IMG/VR virus record: IMGVR_UViG_3300020036_004254
DNA from: a virus
Taxonomy: Duplodnaviria; Caudoviricetes
Reading direction: 5' to 3' (one strand)
Length of the DNA stretch: 64,000 bases
Shown: one piece after another, positions 30,420 to 39,374 of the stretch
How the letters are laid out: every line of letters begins with the position of its first letter
Numbering within the stretch: the stretch's first letter is position 1
Notes under the pieces: model-generated
The model's input: the letters and a program-made list of their open reading frames with translations, nothing else
The model's database searches: none
What the model was told of the DNA's origin: nothing
Program-made: the position numbers and the translations under genes

Positions 30420-31019
30420 ATGGACATTACTAAACTTAAAGGCACAATACCAGATTCGGTATTGGCCCAAATACCTGATGTATTGACGAAGTTTTCCATC
30501 TATACACCACTCCGGTTGGCACATTTCTTGTCTCAGTGTGGACACGAAAGTATCAATTTTACGGCAACCGTTGAGAATTTGAACTATTCTGAGGCGGCGT
30601 TGAATCGTGTATTTGGGAAGTACTTCCCGAATGGGCTGGCCGCGAGCTACGCCAGACAGCCCCAGCGTATCGGTTCCCGTGTCTATGGGGGTCGTATGGG
30701 CAACGGGCCAGAGGAGTCAGGAGAAGGATTCAAGTATCGGGGAAGAGGTTTCATTCAGTTGACCGGGAAAGTCAACTACGCCTCGTTTGACAAAGTGGTT
30801 GAAGAGAACATTCTTGAAACCCCGGAACTGGTTGCTACCAAATACCCACTGTTGTCGGCTGGGTGGTTTTGGAATAGCCGCAAACTTAATGATGTGGCTG
30901 ACCTAGGAGATAGTGACGCCATTGTCACCAAAATCACCAAAATCATTAACGGTGGTTTGAATGGGTATGACGATAGACTCAGGTTGTTCAAGAAATTCTA
31001 CCCATTGCTCAATGCCTAA
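30420..31019 (+). CDS. Endolysin, glycoside hydrolase family 19
   Basis: AHFLSQCGHES, ENLNYS, YRGRGFIQLTGKVNY, INGGLNG; CATAAATA at 30304. Confidence 0.92.
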   Translation: MDITKLKGTIPDSVLAQIPDVLTKFSIYTPLRLAHFLSQCGHESINFTATVENLNYSEAALNRVFGKYFPNGLAASYARQPQRIGSRVYGGRMGNGPEESGEGFKYRGRGFIQLTGKVNYASFDKVVEENILETPELVATKYPLLSAGWFWNSRKLNDVADLGDSDAIVTKITKIINGGLNGYDDRLRLFKKFYPLLNA

Positions 31020-31353
31020 GCACAAAATGTTCGGTTGGTTGTTCACACCACTCAGACCTATTTCTGATTGGTGGCTGTCTCGTATTATCGTTGACGAATC
31101 GGGTGACCCCTCGGCAAAACGTACCATGGGACTTGCGTCTGGATTTGCGTTGGTGTTTTCTCTTGTGTGGAATACCATTCATCCAGAAACAAAAATAAAT
31201 GAAAAGTTGGTTGAAGCTATGTTGTGGGTGTGCCTCGGGTGTCTCGGATTCTCTACCGCCGATAAGTTTTCACCAACCGCCACCATTCTAACTAACGCCC
31301 ACGTTGCAACACCACCTAAAGAAGTTCCACCCCAAGAACCTGAAGTGAAATAA
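31012..31353 (+). CDS. Putative holin (2 TM)
   Basis: Two hydrophobic helices, SAKR motif, follows the endolysin. Confidence 0.65.
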   Translation: MPKHKMFGWLFTPLRPISDWWLSRIIVDESGDPSAKRTMGLASGFALVFSLVWNTIHPETKINEKLVEAMLWVCLGCLGFSTADKFSPTATILTNAHVATPPKEVPPQEPEVK

Positions 31354-32045
31354 TGACAAAAATATGGGAAATCTTAAAAGCAATACCACAAACGCTTCAA
31401 TTGGTTTTGGTTGCCGCTCTGGTATATCTTGGTACAAGTTGGTTTTCTAATAACCAGACCAAGTCTTCTCTTGAAGAATACATAGACAAATATACCAAGT
31501 TTCAGAAAGAAGCCGAACAGAGTGTTCGTATTATTGACAGTGTCACCAAAGTCAATAAAGAAAAGGATGTACTCATCCTAACGTATATACAGGAAGCCAA
31601 TACAGCACGGGCGGAAAATGCTAGGATTCTCAGCAGACTTCCGGACCCTGCGGTAGTGGCTTCTTTGCGTACCAATATTGACAGTCTCAAGGCGGCAACC
31701 AGCGATAGCGTAGAAATGGCCAGAACAGTGATTCCAGCGCAAGACACACTCATCAAAGCGTTGGACAGCACCGTGGTGGTCCTTCGATTGTCCCAGTTTA
31801 AGATGACGAATGAAAATGTGGCGTTGCGTAGTGCCAACACCTTGTTGATTTCCGAAAAGAGTGCGTTGGAGCTTTCCTTGGCCGATGCGAGAAGTAAGTT
31901 GGTCAATTTGCCTCCACCCCCTGAGAATCCAGACAAGTTTTTCTTTGGACTGTTGAACAAACCGTCGAGAAAACAACTCGCGGTTATCGGATTCGTTGGT
32001 GGGGTGGTCACGTATGCTGTTGTAGACAACTCCCTTAAAAGGTAA
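31353..32045 (+). CDS. Putative spanin-like coiled-coil membrane protein
   Basis: N-terminal TM, long coiled coil, Pro-rich hinge, C-terminal hydrophobic segment; third lysis-cassette gene. Confidence 0.5.
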   Translation: MTKIWEILKAIPQTLQLVLVAALVYLGTSWFSNNQTKSSLEEYIDKYTKFQKEAEQSVRIIDSVTKVNKEKDVLILTYIQEANTARAENARILSRLPDPAVVASLRTNIDSLKAATSDSVEMARTVIPAQDTLIKALDSTVVVLRLSQFKMTNENVALRSANTLLISEKSALELSLADARSKLVNLPPPPENPDKFFFGLLNKPSRKQLAVIGFVGGVVTYAVVDNSLKR

Positions 32046-32077
32046 CTCTTATAAATAGAAGAAACCTAGGAGTCTAA

Positions 32078-34789
32078 ATGTCTTACAACTTGACACAACA
32101 AGAACTGAACGAAATGCGCGACTGGTCTGCAAAGGCAGAGCAGTTAGTTCGTTTGGGGATGTTGCCAGTTGGACAGTTACCATATGTTAAAAAAGCATTA
32201 AAGGCGGTACAAACGGATAGTTTTTTGCCCCTGATTCTGAGAAAACCGTTCTACAAGTTCATCGATGAACTCTTAGAACTATCTCTAGGGGAACCGGGAA
32301 TCTACCGCCTTATTCGAAACAAGGTTGCCGCCAACAGAAATAATTCTGTGGTGAACCGATATATGCCAGAGGGAACAATCATGGACGAAGATGTATTGAA
32401 CGAGGAAGCCAAGGCTTCTTTCAAGAAGTTGTTGCGCCCAAACTTCTATAAAGATAAAGAGGTGTCTACCAATCAGACAGAAACGTCTAAGATTGCAAGC
32501 AAGGCGCACTCAAAGGCCAAGGTAACTGAGGAAACAGAAGAGTTGAGTGAACTATCCAAGCCCACGATGAAGAACTATATCAAGAAAGCCAAGGATTGGA
32601 TGAATAATCCAAAAAATAATAATTATGGGGAGAAGAAACTTGGAGATAAAAATCTTTCCAAGAAAGGGATTGATGGCATCAAATCGTTGATTAATCAGCC
32701 ATCGATGGGTGGTGATAGAAAGTTCCTAACCAAAATAGGAAAAAGAACAATGAGTGTTGACCATGCCCGAACAAAGATAAAAGAAGAGACACTTAAAGAA
32801 GCACTCTTTGACAAGGAGTATTTGAAGAAGATGGCCGCACGGGGTACTCGTTTGGGTGCGCCTACGTCTGCCAAGGAATTCAAGGTCGGAAAGCCCAAGG
32901 AAAAGTTTACGGTCACCCCAAAATCCGCTACTGATTTCAAGGTGAAGAAAAACACCAACGAAGAGTTGGTGGTGGAGTTGAAGGCGGATACGTATCTGAG
33001 TGCCGGAAGAAAGGCGATTGGTAGACTTCAGACATTGGCCGCGAATCGTGGTATTGACCAGCTTTCCAGCGTCCAGAATAAAAGGGGTGCTGTTTCCGTG
33101 TCATCAAAAGAAAAAAGACACGCCAAAGGTGCTGAAAATGCCATGTCATTGTTGGCACGAAAAGCCAAGGCAAACGAAGAAATGGAAATTGCCAACATGG
33201 ACATTCTTGACGAGGATGTGAACTATCGCAAGACTCCTCAGGGAATGTTGCAAACCTTGTCCAACATGGTCAAGATTAAGAAGCGTCATGGTGGAAAGGT
33301 AAGCGTTAACGACCGTAAGATTGCGTCTAAGGCTCGCAACGAATTGCGCCGACGCAAGTACTTTGGGTCTGGGTCTTCTATTACCGCCAGCTTTGATACG
33401 GCGTATTTGGATTTGGCCGATGTGCTGGCGGAAGAGGGAATCTTCCTGAATGAAGAGCAGTTGGACGAGTTGAAAAACACCACCATGATGCGAGCCTATT
33501 CAGACCGTATGGACAAGGCCCGTCATCATCGTTCAATGGCCTCTTCACGCGCAAGACACCTTCTACGCCCCAATGAAGACCCCAAGGTTCGAACCGACCG
33601 TGTGCTTGAACGAAAGCACACGAAGAGAGCGGATAAGACCTTGTGGCACATGGCCAACAAGGGACGAAAGGTACAGGAAGAGGTTGAGTCAATCGAAGAG
33701 ATTTCCGATGAACTCAAGACTCGTTATGCCGAGAAGGTGCAGAGCAACTTCAAAGAGAAGGGTGTTCGCGCCAAGGGTCGAAAGCAGTTTGATAAAGTTA
33801 TCAAGCGTCTCAAGACCGCTGATGCTATTCTTCGAAAGGAAGAGGTTGAGCCATTAGAAGAGATTTCACGCGAATTGCGTGGTCGATATGTCAACGCGGC
33901 CATCAAAGACCGGGAAGCGCGTAGAACAGAAAGAGATAAGGTTGTGAAGCGTGAGAAAAGCAAAAAGACTAGCACCGGATGGAGTCCTGAAGAAAAGGAC
34001 AACGACCGTAAATATTTCAATCGCCATAAGGGGATTGATAGAAGCCGCTTGAAGTTTAAGCAAATGGGGCCGAAGAAAGTTTCTGAGTCTGTAGAACAAC
34101 TAGACGAACTTTCACGAAAGACGCTAGGTTCATATGTCAAGAAAGCCGTACCGGAAAAGAGTGACGCGGATTGGAATTTGGGAATCTTGGCACACAAAAG
34201 AAATGAAAACCAAGACTATCCGCTTCCAACGGGCGGGAAATCTTCTGTGAACAAATTGCTTCGAAAGACAGAAAAGCGTGGTAAAGGCATTCTAACAGCG
34301 GCAAAGAAAATGTCAGAATCATATGCCGATGATACCCCACCTGCAAATGATGAGTGGGAGTCTTCGGCCACTAAACCCAAAAAGAAAATCAGACCGTCCA
34401 AATCTACATGGTACAAGAGTGTTGATGATGCGGCTGATGTCAAAGGAGTAGACCCGAAAATGAAAGTACGATTCAATAAGGAAGAATTTGAGAAGCGAGT
34501 TGCCACCACACTAAACTTGTTTGAAGTAAAGAACATTTCGGAGTTGGACGAGGAAATGAGCAAGTTGTTCATGAGCCTTGTACAGATGGAAGCCAAGTCC
34601 GATTTGGTATATCATGACCAAGCCTACGCACGAATTCAGGCGGCGAAGAAGGGTGGTGTTGATTCTCGTTATCAAGAAGAGAAGAAAAAGCGCGAAGAAA
34701 AAGCCGCCGCCGCGATGTCAGCGGCCAGAGCAGAAATGGGAAAGGCAAAGATTGGTTCCGGATGGTCCAAGCTTCCTTCCGATAAGTAA
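32078..34789 (+). CDS. 903-aa repetitive basic/acidic protein, probable internal head polyprotein
   Basis: TATAAATA at 32050; repeated EE(V/T)E-x-L(D/E/S)E(L/I)S linkers separating K/R-rich modules. Confidence 0.65.
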   Translation: MSYNLTQQELNEMRDWSAKAEQLVRLGMLPVGQLPYVKKALKAVQTDSFLPLILRKPFYKFIDELLELSLGEPGIYRLIRNKVAANRNNSVVNRYMPEGTIMDEDVLNEEAKASFKKLLRPNFYKDKEVSTNQTETSKIASKAHSKAKVTEETEELSELSKPTMKNYIKKAKDWMNNPKNNNYGEKKLGDKNLSKKGIDGIKSLINQPSMGGDRKFLTKIGKRTMSVDHARTKIKEETLKEALFDKEYLKKMAARGTRLGAPTSAKEFKVGKPKEKFTVTPKSATDFKVKKNTNEELVVELKADTYLSAGRKAIGRLQTLAANRGIDQLSSVQNKRGAVSVSSKEKRHAKGAENAMSLLARKAKANEEMEIANMDILDEDVNYRKTPQGMLQTLSNMVKIKKRHGGKVSVNDRKIASKARNELRRRKYFGSGSSITASFDTAYLDLADVLAEEGIFLNEEQLDELKNTTMMRAYSDRMDKARHHRSMASSRARHLLRPNEDPKVRTDRVLERKHTKRADKTLWHMANKGRKVQEEVESIEEISDELKTRYAEKVQSNFKEKGVRAKGRKQFDKVIKRLKTADAILRKEEVEPLEEISRELRGRYVNAAIKDREARRTERDKVVKREKSKKTSTGWSPEEKDNDRKYFNRHKGIDRSRLKFKQMGPKKVSESVEQLDELSRKTLGSYVKKAVPEKSDADWNLGILAHKRNENQDYPLPTGGKSSVNKLLRKTEKRGKGILTAAKKMSESYADDTPPANDEWESSATKPKKKIRPSKSTWYKSVDDAADVKGVDPKMKVRFNKEEFEKRVATTLNLFEVKNISELDEEMSKLFMSLVQMEAKSDLVYHDQAYARIQAAKKGGVDSRYQEEKKKREEKAAAAMSAARAEMGKAKIGSGWSKLPSDK

Positions 34790-34810
34790 TTTTCACATAG
34801 GAGTAAGACA

Positions 34811-35467
34811 ATGAGTGGATGGAGCAGAACGCAACGGCCAGAGGCCGATACAACAAAGGATGCAAACTCAATTTTTGGTGTCGATGGCACTGAAATTGAA
34901 TTTGCACCGGGAGTCGCCCACATTGGTTGGGTGCATCGTAAAACCGTAGGGGACCGTGTCGTATACGAAACGGTTGTCGCCATGAAAGAAGCACCAGTCG
35001 AAGGAAGCGGTGATGATTCCGTATTCCCGAACGTTTCGTGGAGTGTAACCCCGACCCCGTCAGTCACCCCGTCGGTCACACGTACCCCGTCAGTCACACC
35101 GTCAGTGACCCCGACCGTAACCACCAGCACCAGCATTGGGTGGTCACCGTCAGTAACCCCGACCTCAACCCCAAGCAACAGCATTGGTTGGTCGGCATCA
35201 GCAACCCCAACCCCGACTGTGACCCCAACCGCAACCCCGACTGTAACACCAAGTCAGACGATTGGATTCACCCCGTCGGTAACACCGTCTCCGACCCCGT
35301 CAGAGACACCAAGTGTGAGCTTCACCCCAACGGTAACACCAACGGTGACCCCATCGGTTACCCCGTCGGTGACACGTACACCGTCCGTGACGCCGTCAGT
35401 CACACCGTCGGTGACACGTACACCGTCCGTGACGCCGTCAGTCACACCTTCACCTTCACGCCCGTAA
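34811..35467 (+). CDS. Pro/Thr/Ser/Val-rich repeat protein (probable virion surface)
   Basis: N-terminal HIGWVHRK..YETVVAM domain then VTPS/TPT repeats. Confidence 0.75.
   Translation: MSGWSRTQRPEADTTKDANSIFGVDGTEIEFAPGVAHIGWVHRKTVGDRVVYETVVAMKEAPVEGSGDDSVFPNVSWSVTPTPSVTPSVTRTPSVTPSVTPTVTTSTSIGWSPSVTPTSTPSNSIGWSASATPTPTVTPTATPTVTPSQTIGFTPSVTPSPTPSETPSVSFTPTVTPTVTPSVTPSVTRTPSVTPSVTPSVTRTPSVTPSVTPSPSRP
35044..35460 (+). repeat. Coding tandem repeats (VTPS units, including an exact 42-bp duplication near 35363-35446)
   Basis: CCGTCGGTGACACGTACACCGTCCGTGACGCCGTCAGTCACA occurs twice in tandem. Confidence 0.85.
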
Positions 35468-35480
35468 TAGGGGTTAATCA

Positions 35481-35924
35481 ATGGCAGATGGCAAACTAAC
35501 AGACTTCACGGCGGCAACGACGACAGAAGCAACTGATAAGATGTATTTGGTTCGGAATGGTGTGGATTTGTACATTACACTTTCCACGTTGTTGGCCAAT
35601 ATACCGTCTGTCATCAAAACGCAGAGTCCCATCTATTTGGGTGGGACTCCGCAGTCATTGGCGGGTGCGGGACTTATCACGGTAACACAAACAACAACAG
35701 AAATCACGAATACTTCAAGTGTTGGCTTGACCATCAATGATGGTTTGTTTGATGGTCATGTCAAAATCATTCTCACCACGAGTGCAACAGGTGTCTCCAC
35801 CTTGACGGGGGCGAATTTGGCCGTAACGTCAATTGCATTTGACCAAGCCGGGAAAACGATGTTGTTGTTTTGGCGTGGTACCAAGTGGTGGCCTCTTTCT
35901 GGAACCGCTACTATTACCTACTAA
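35481..35924 (+). CDS. Putative virion structural protein
   Basis: MADGKLTDF start, Thr-rich beta composition. Confidence 0.6.
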   Translation: MADGKLTDFTAATTTEATDKMYLVRNGVDLYITLSTLLANIPSVIKTQSPIYLGGTPQSLAGAGLITVTQTTTEITNTSSVGLTINDGLFDGHVKIILTTSATGVSTLTGANLAVTSIAFDQAGKTMLLFWRGTKWWPLSGTATITY

Positions 35925-35927
35925 ACC

Positions 35928-36299
35928 ATGATTCTAAATGATGAGACGTTCTTACTATATGCAGTAAAGCACTACGATAACCCCGGATGTATGGGAATGA
36001 AAGAGTTTCAAGATGATTTGAAGCGATTCAAATACATCAAACGGTTATTAAAGCAATACGAAAAAACTGGGGACATTGTGGAGCGATTGGTATTGAACCA
36101 TATCATATTACTCCACAATGTTTTTGGAGACGCCACGGTCCCCTTATTGTTTTTCAAATTCGAGAAGCGATATTGGCCACAGATTAAAACGTTTTTGGTG
36201 TTTTTGAACTATCTCCCAGACAATTACATGATTGATGGGGAAAGTGAAAGTACTATTCCACTAGACCAAACACTCATTTTTAAACTGAGAAAGATATGA
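35928..36299 (+). CDS. Conserved T4-like hypothetical protein
   Basis: YAVKHYDNP, EFQDDLKRFKYIKRLL, RLVLNHII. Confidence 0.8.
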   Translation: MILNDETFLLYAVKHYDNPGCMGMKEFQDDLKRFKYIKRLLKQYEKTGDIVERLVLNHIILLHNVFGDATVPLLFFKFEKRYWPQIKTFLVFLNYLPDNYMIDGESESTIPLDQTLIFKLRKI

Positions 36300-36484
36300 A
36301 GTCATTTATCGAATTTATTACCGAAGAGGGCGAGGGTGGCGTTCCGGCAAACAACAGTGCGGCCACTCCGGGTATTGCAAAATACGACCCGCTTCTCGGT
36401 AGCAAAAAACTCAAGGCAAGACGAACACAACCACAGACCGTGGGAAGCGTTGTTCGAATTCCCGGCACACCATCACATGGGTAA
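36296..36484 (+). CDS. Small protein with capsid-targeting-like N-terminus
   Basis: MKSFIEFITE resembles the T4 internal-protein CTS MKTYQEFIAE. Confidence 0.6.
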   Translation: MKSFIEFITEEGEGGVPANNSAATPGIAKYDPLLGSKKLKARRTQPQTVGSVVRIPGTPSHG

Positions 36485-36490
36485 TACAAT

Positions 36491-37006
36491 ATGGCTGACT
36501 CTGAACACATGACAAACCAGCTTGAGATTAAGGTTGCACTCATGGAACAAAACATGAACAATTTCAAAAACGTTTTTGACCGATTGGACACAGCCATCGA
36601 AAAGATTGGCGATGTCTCTGGTGTCATTAAACAGATGTTGGCTGTGCATGAACAACGCATTTCAAATCTAGACGACCGAATCAACTACCACAAAAACGAT
36701 GCTGAAATGGCCAATGAATCAATTAAAAGGGATGTCAAAGACCTTAATACGCGCATTACCGATGTCAACAAAGAGTTTACAGCACTCCTTACCTCAACCG
36801 AAACAAAGATTTTAGAAAAGCAGGATGAAGTAGAGGAAAGAATTCTTGCCAGTATGAAAGATATGAAGGAGTCTTTGGTCAAGAGTAACAAGTCATTAGA
36901 AAGCCGTGTTAAGACGTTGGAAACATGGCGTTGGATATTGGTGGGTATGGGGACAGCGGTTGGACTGTTGTTGGAATACGTCTACGATGCACTAACCAAG
37001 TCCTAG
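36491..37006 (+). CDS. Coiled-coil protein with C-terminal TM
   Basis: MLAVHEQRI, LETWRW plus hydrophobic tail. Confidence 0.7.
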   Translation: MADSEHMTNQLEIKVALMEQNMNNFKNVFDRLDTAIEKIGDVSGVIKQMLAVHEQRISNLDDRINYHKNDAEMANESIKRDVKDLNTRITDVNKEFTALLTSTETKILEKQDEVEERILASMKDMKESLVKSNKSLESRVKTLETWRWILVGMGTAVGLLLEYVYDALTKS

Positions 37007-37009
37007 GGC

Positions 37010-37038
37010 TTGACAACGCAGGTTTCATGGGGTACATT
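37010..37038 (+). promoter_or_regulatory. Sigma70-like promoter
   Basis: TTGACA-N17-TACATT. Confidence 0.75.
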
Positions 37039-37062
37039 TCTGGACTAACCGGAGTGTACCCC

Positions 37063-38112
37063 ATGTCGTTATATATCGATGTAACCTACTTGAATCAACT
37101 CAGTCCCAAGTTGCCCCTCTTCAAACAGAAGGGGCAATACTTGTGGAACTGTCGTTGTATACTATGTGGTGATTCTTCAAGCAAGAAAAACAAAACACGG
37201 GGTTATTTCTATCGCACCAGACAGAACTTGTACTACAAGTGTCACAACTGTAATGCCAGTATGCATTTTGGTTCGTTTCTCAAGGATGTAGACCCTGTCT
37301 TGTATGACGCATACTACTTTGAGCGGTTTGCGAGTGGGAGTGATGGACGAGCCGCCCACGTTGCCAAAGAAGAGGATTTGTTCTCGGGTCTTGAACCCAT
37401 GAGAGAATTGAAGCTCACCCCTCAGGTATGGGAAGATGATGTGCTTCATGGGGTGTGTCAGAAGGTATCAGACCTTCCCCCAGACCACCTTGCGCGGGTG
37501 TACTGTGCCGCTCGACAGCTTCCGGAACAGGAGCTTTATCGTCTGTATTACATCCCCCATGTCAAAGACATTCTTTCGGTGGCACCGGAGAAGTACAAAG
37601 AATCCCTCAACACCGATGAGCCAAGACTGGTCATTCCGTTTCATAAGGATAACGGAAAGATTGTTGGAGTGTCTCTCCGGGCACTGGATGATAACAAACG
37701 CCGATATATCTCAGTTAAATTCGAGGAAGACACCCCCTTGATTTTTGGGCTGTTACAGCTAGATAAGACACAGCCTTTTGTGGTATTAGAGGGACAGTTT
37801 GACAGCCTGTTTATTCCTAACAGCATTGCCTGTGGCGGAACGTCATTTAACAAAATAGAAACGTTTGGCTTGCCAAAAGAGCAAATGACCATTGTGTTTG
37901 ACAATCAGCCTCGTAACAATGATGTGTGTAAAATCATGAAACGATATATAGACATGGGCTATCGGGTGTGTATCTGGCCGTCTACCGTAGAACAAAAAGA
38001 TGTGAATGAAATGGTGTTGGCGGGGATTGACCCCATGAAACTTATTGCAGAGAATACCTATCAGGGCGTTCTTGCAGAACTACAATTTTCAATATGGAGA
38101 AAGATAAAATGA
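37063..38112 (+). CDS. gp61: DNA primase gp61
   Basis: CILCGDS..KTRGY..CHNC zinc finger; EGQFDSLF, DNQPRN, KDVNEM. Confidence 0.95.
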   Translation: MSLYIDVTYLNQLSPKLPLFKQKGQYLWNCRCILCGDSSSKKNKTRGYFYRTRQNLYYKCHNCNASMHFGSFLKDVDPVLYDAYYFERFASGSDGRAAHVAKEEDLFSGLEPMRELKLTPQVWEDDVLHGVCQKVSDLPPDHLARVYCAARQLPEQELYRLYYIPHVKDILSVAPEKYKESLNTDEPRLVIPFHKDNGKIVGVSLRALDDNKRRYISVKFEEDTPLIFGLLQLDKTQPFVVLEGQFDSLFIPNSIACGGTSFNKIETFGLPKEQMTIVFDNQPRNNDVCKIMKRYIDMGYRVCIWPSTVEQKDVNEMVLAGIDPMKLIAENTYQGVLAELQFSIWRKIK

Positions 38113-38960
38113 GAGTGATTTTAGAACCAACCGTAACCACGTTTTCCAAGCAGATATTCATTGAACATCCGGTGTACAAGATTCCGGCAGACGGAAATGA
38201 CGCTGTCAAGATTGGGGCCTTTGCCGCCAAGGGATGTTACGATTCGTTTGGTGAGAACGGTCGCGCCAACGAGGAGAATCAGCGTCAGGTGATTGAACAC
38301 GTTCATGGGTCTGTGCTTGAACATATTCAGGTGGGTGTCTTTATTGAGGGCGTCACTCGTGGGTTGTCCTTGGAGAGCAATCGCCATCGCCAGAACGCGA
38401 TTTCTCAGCGGTCTACCCGTTACACCGCAGAAGAGGATGCGGCGATTGTGCTTGAGCCGTATTATGCCGAGCTATGGCGGAAGTATGTGACGTTGGCACA
38501 AATCACCCGCGTTCCCGCAACAGATACACACCCGGGCCGTTGGACCTATCGATATTCAGACACCGTCACCACGTTGGTCCCGGATTTGAAACTCTTGATT
38601 AACTTTTTGAATAGCGCAGAACGTTCGTTTATGGATTACAACGAACAGGTTTGCATTCTTATGTCACTCAATCCCAACGACTTGAAGGGGTTTGACCTAC
38701 GCAAGTGGGCGCGTGGAAAGGCCAGAAACATTTTGCCACACGCATTGGAGACACGAGTTGCCTATACGGGCAATCTTCGGTCGTGGCGTTGGTTTATTCA
38801 GTCACGGTCTGAGAATCATGCTGAACCAGAAATCCGTCGCTTGGCAGATAAGTTGTTGGCCGAGTTGAGGATACACTACCCGCTCTATTTCGAGGACTTT
38901 GAAAACATTGGAGACTTTGACGGAATCCCAGAGTGGGTTCCAAAGTATCGCAAAGTATAA
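38109..38960 (+). CDS. thyX: Flavin-dependent thymidylate synthase ThyX
   Basis: HGSVLEH, RHR-x5-SQRSTRY, NLRSW, EIR. Confidence 0.93.
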   Translation: MRVILEPTVTTFSKQIFIEHPVYKIPADGNDAVKIGAFAAKGCYDSFGENGRANEENQRQVIEHVHGSVLEHIQVGVFIEGVTRGLSLESNRHRQNAISQRSTRYTAEEDAAIVLEPYYAELWRKYVTLAQITRVPATDTHPGRWTYRYSDTVTTLVPDLKLLINFLNSAERSFMDYNEQVCILMSLNPNDLKGFDLRKWARGKARNILPHALETRVAYTGNLRSWRWFIQSRSENHAEPEIRRLADKLLAELRIHYPLYFEDFENIGDFDGIPEWVPKYRKV

Positions 38961-39002
38961 ATACCCTTCCACCCATTAGAACCATTTCACAGAGAACGAC
39001 AC

Positions 39003-39374
39003 ATGAACCAAGCCGAAGTAGCAATTTTTCAGGAAGCCTGTGGCCAGAAGGTGAGCCGCACAATCACGTGGGAAAACAATGAACAGGCGGAACTTTACGC
39101 CAATTTGATTAGAGAAGAAGTTGGAGAGTTGTTAGATGCATTCGATGCGCGTGACATAGAAGAAGTAGCTGATGGTGCCGCTGATGCGATTTGGGTGATT
39201 CTAGGGTTGTGTAATACTATGGGTATTCCGATTAACCCAGTATGGAGAGAAGTCATGCTCTCCAATATGAGCAAGATTCCAGAGGATGGTGTGATTCTCC
39301 GTCGAGAAGACGGAAAGGTTTTGAAGCCAGCCAGTTTCTTCCCACCAAACATCAAACAGGTACTAGGACTATGA
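39003..39374 (+). CDS. MazG-like/PRA-PH NTP pyrophosphohydrolase
   Basis: EEVGEL, EVADGAAD, SNMSK, REDGKVLKP. Confidence 0.85.
   Translation: MNQAEVAIFQEACGQKVSRTITWENNEQAELYANLIREEVGELLDAFDARDIEEVADGAADAIWVILGLCNTMGIPINPVWREVMLSNMSKIPEDGVILRREDGKVLKPASFFPPNIKQVLGL

Noticed and set aside
35044-35460. CRISPR array
   Set aside because: Repeats are in-frame codon repeats without unique spacers; no cas genes
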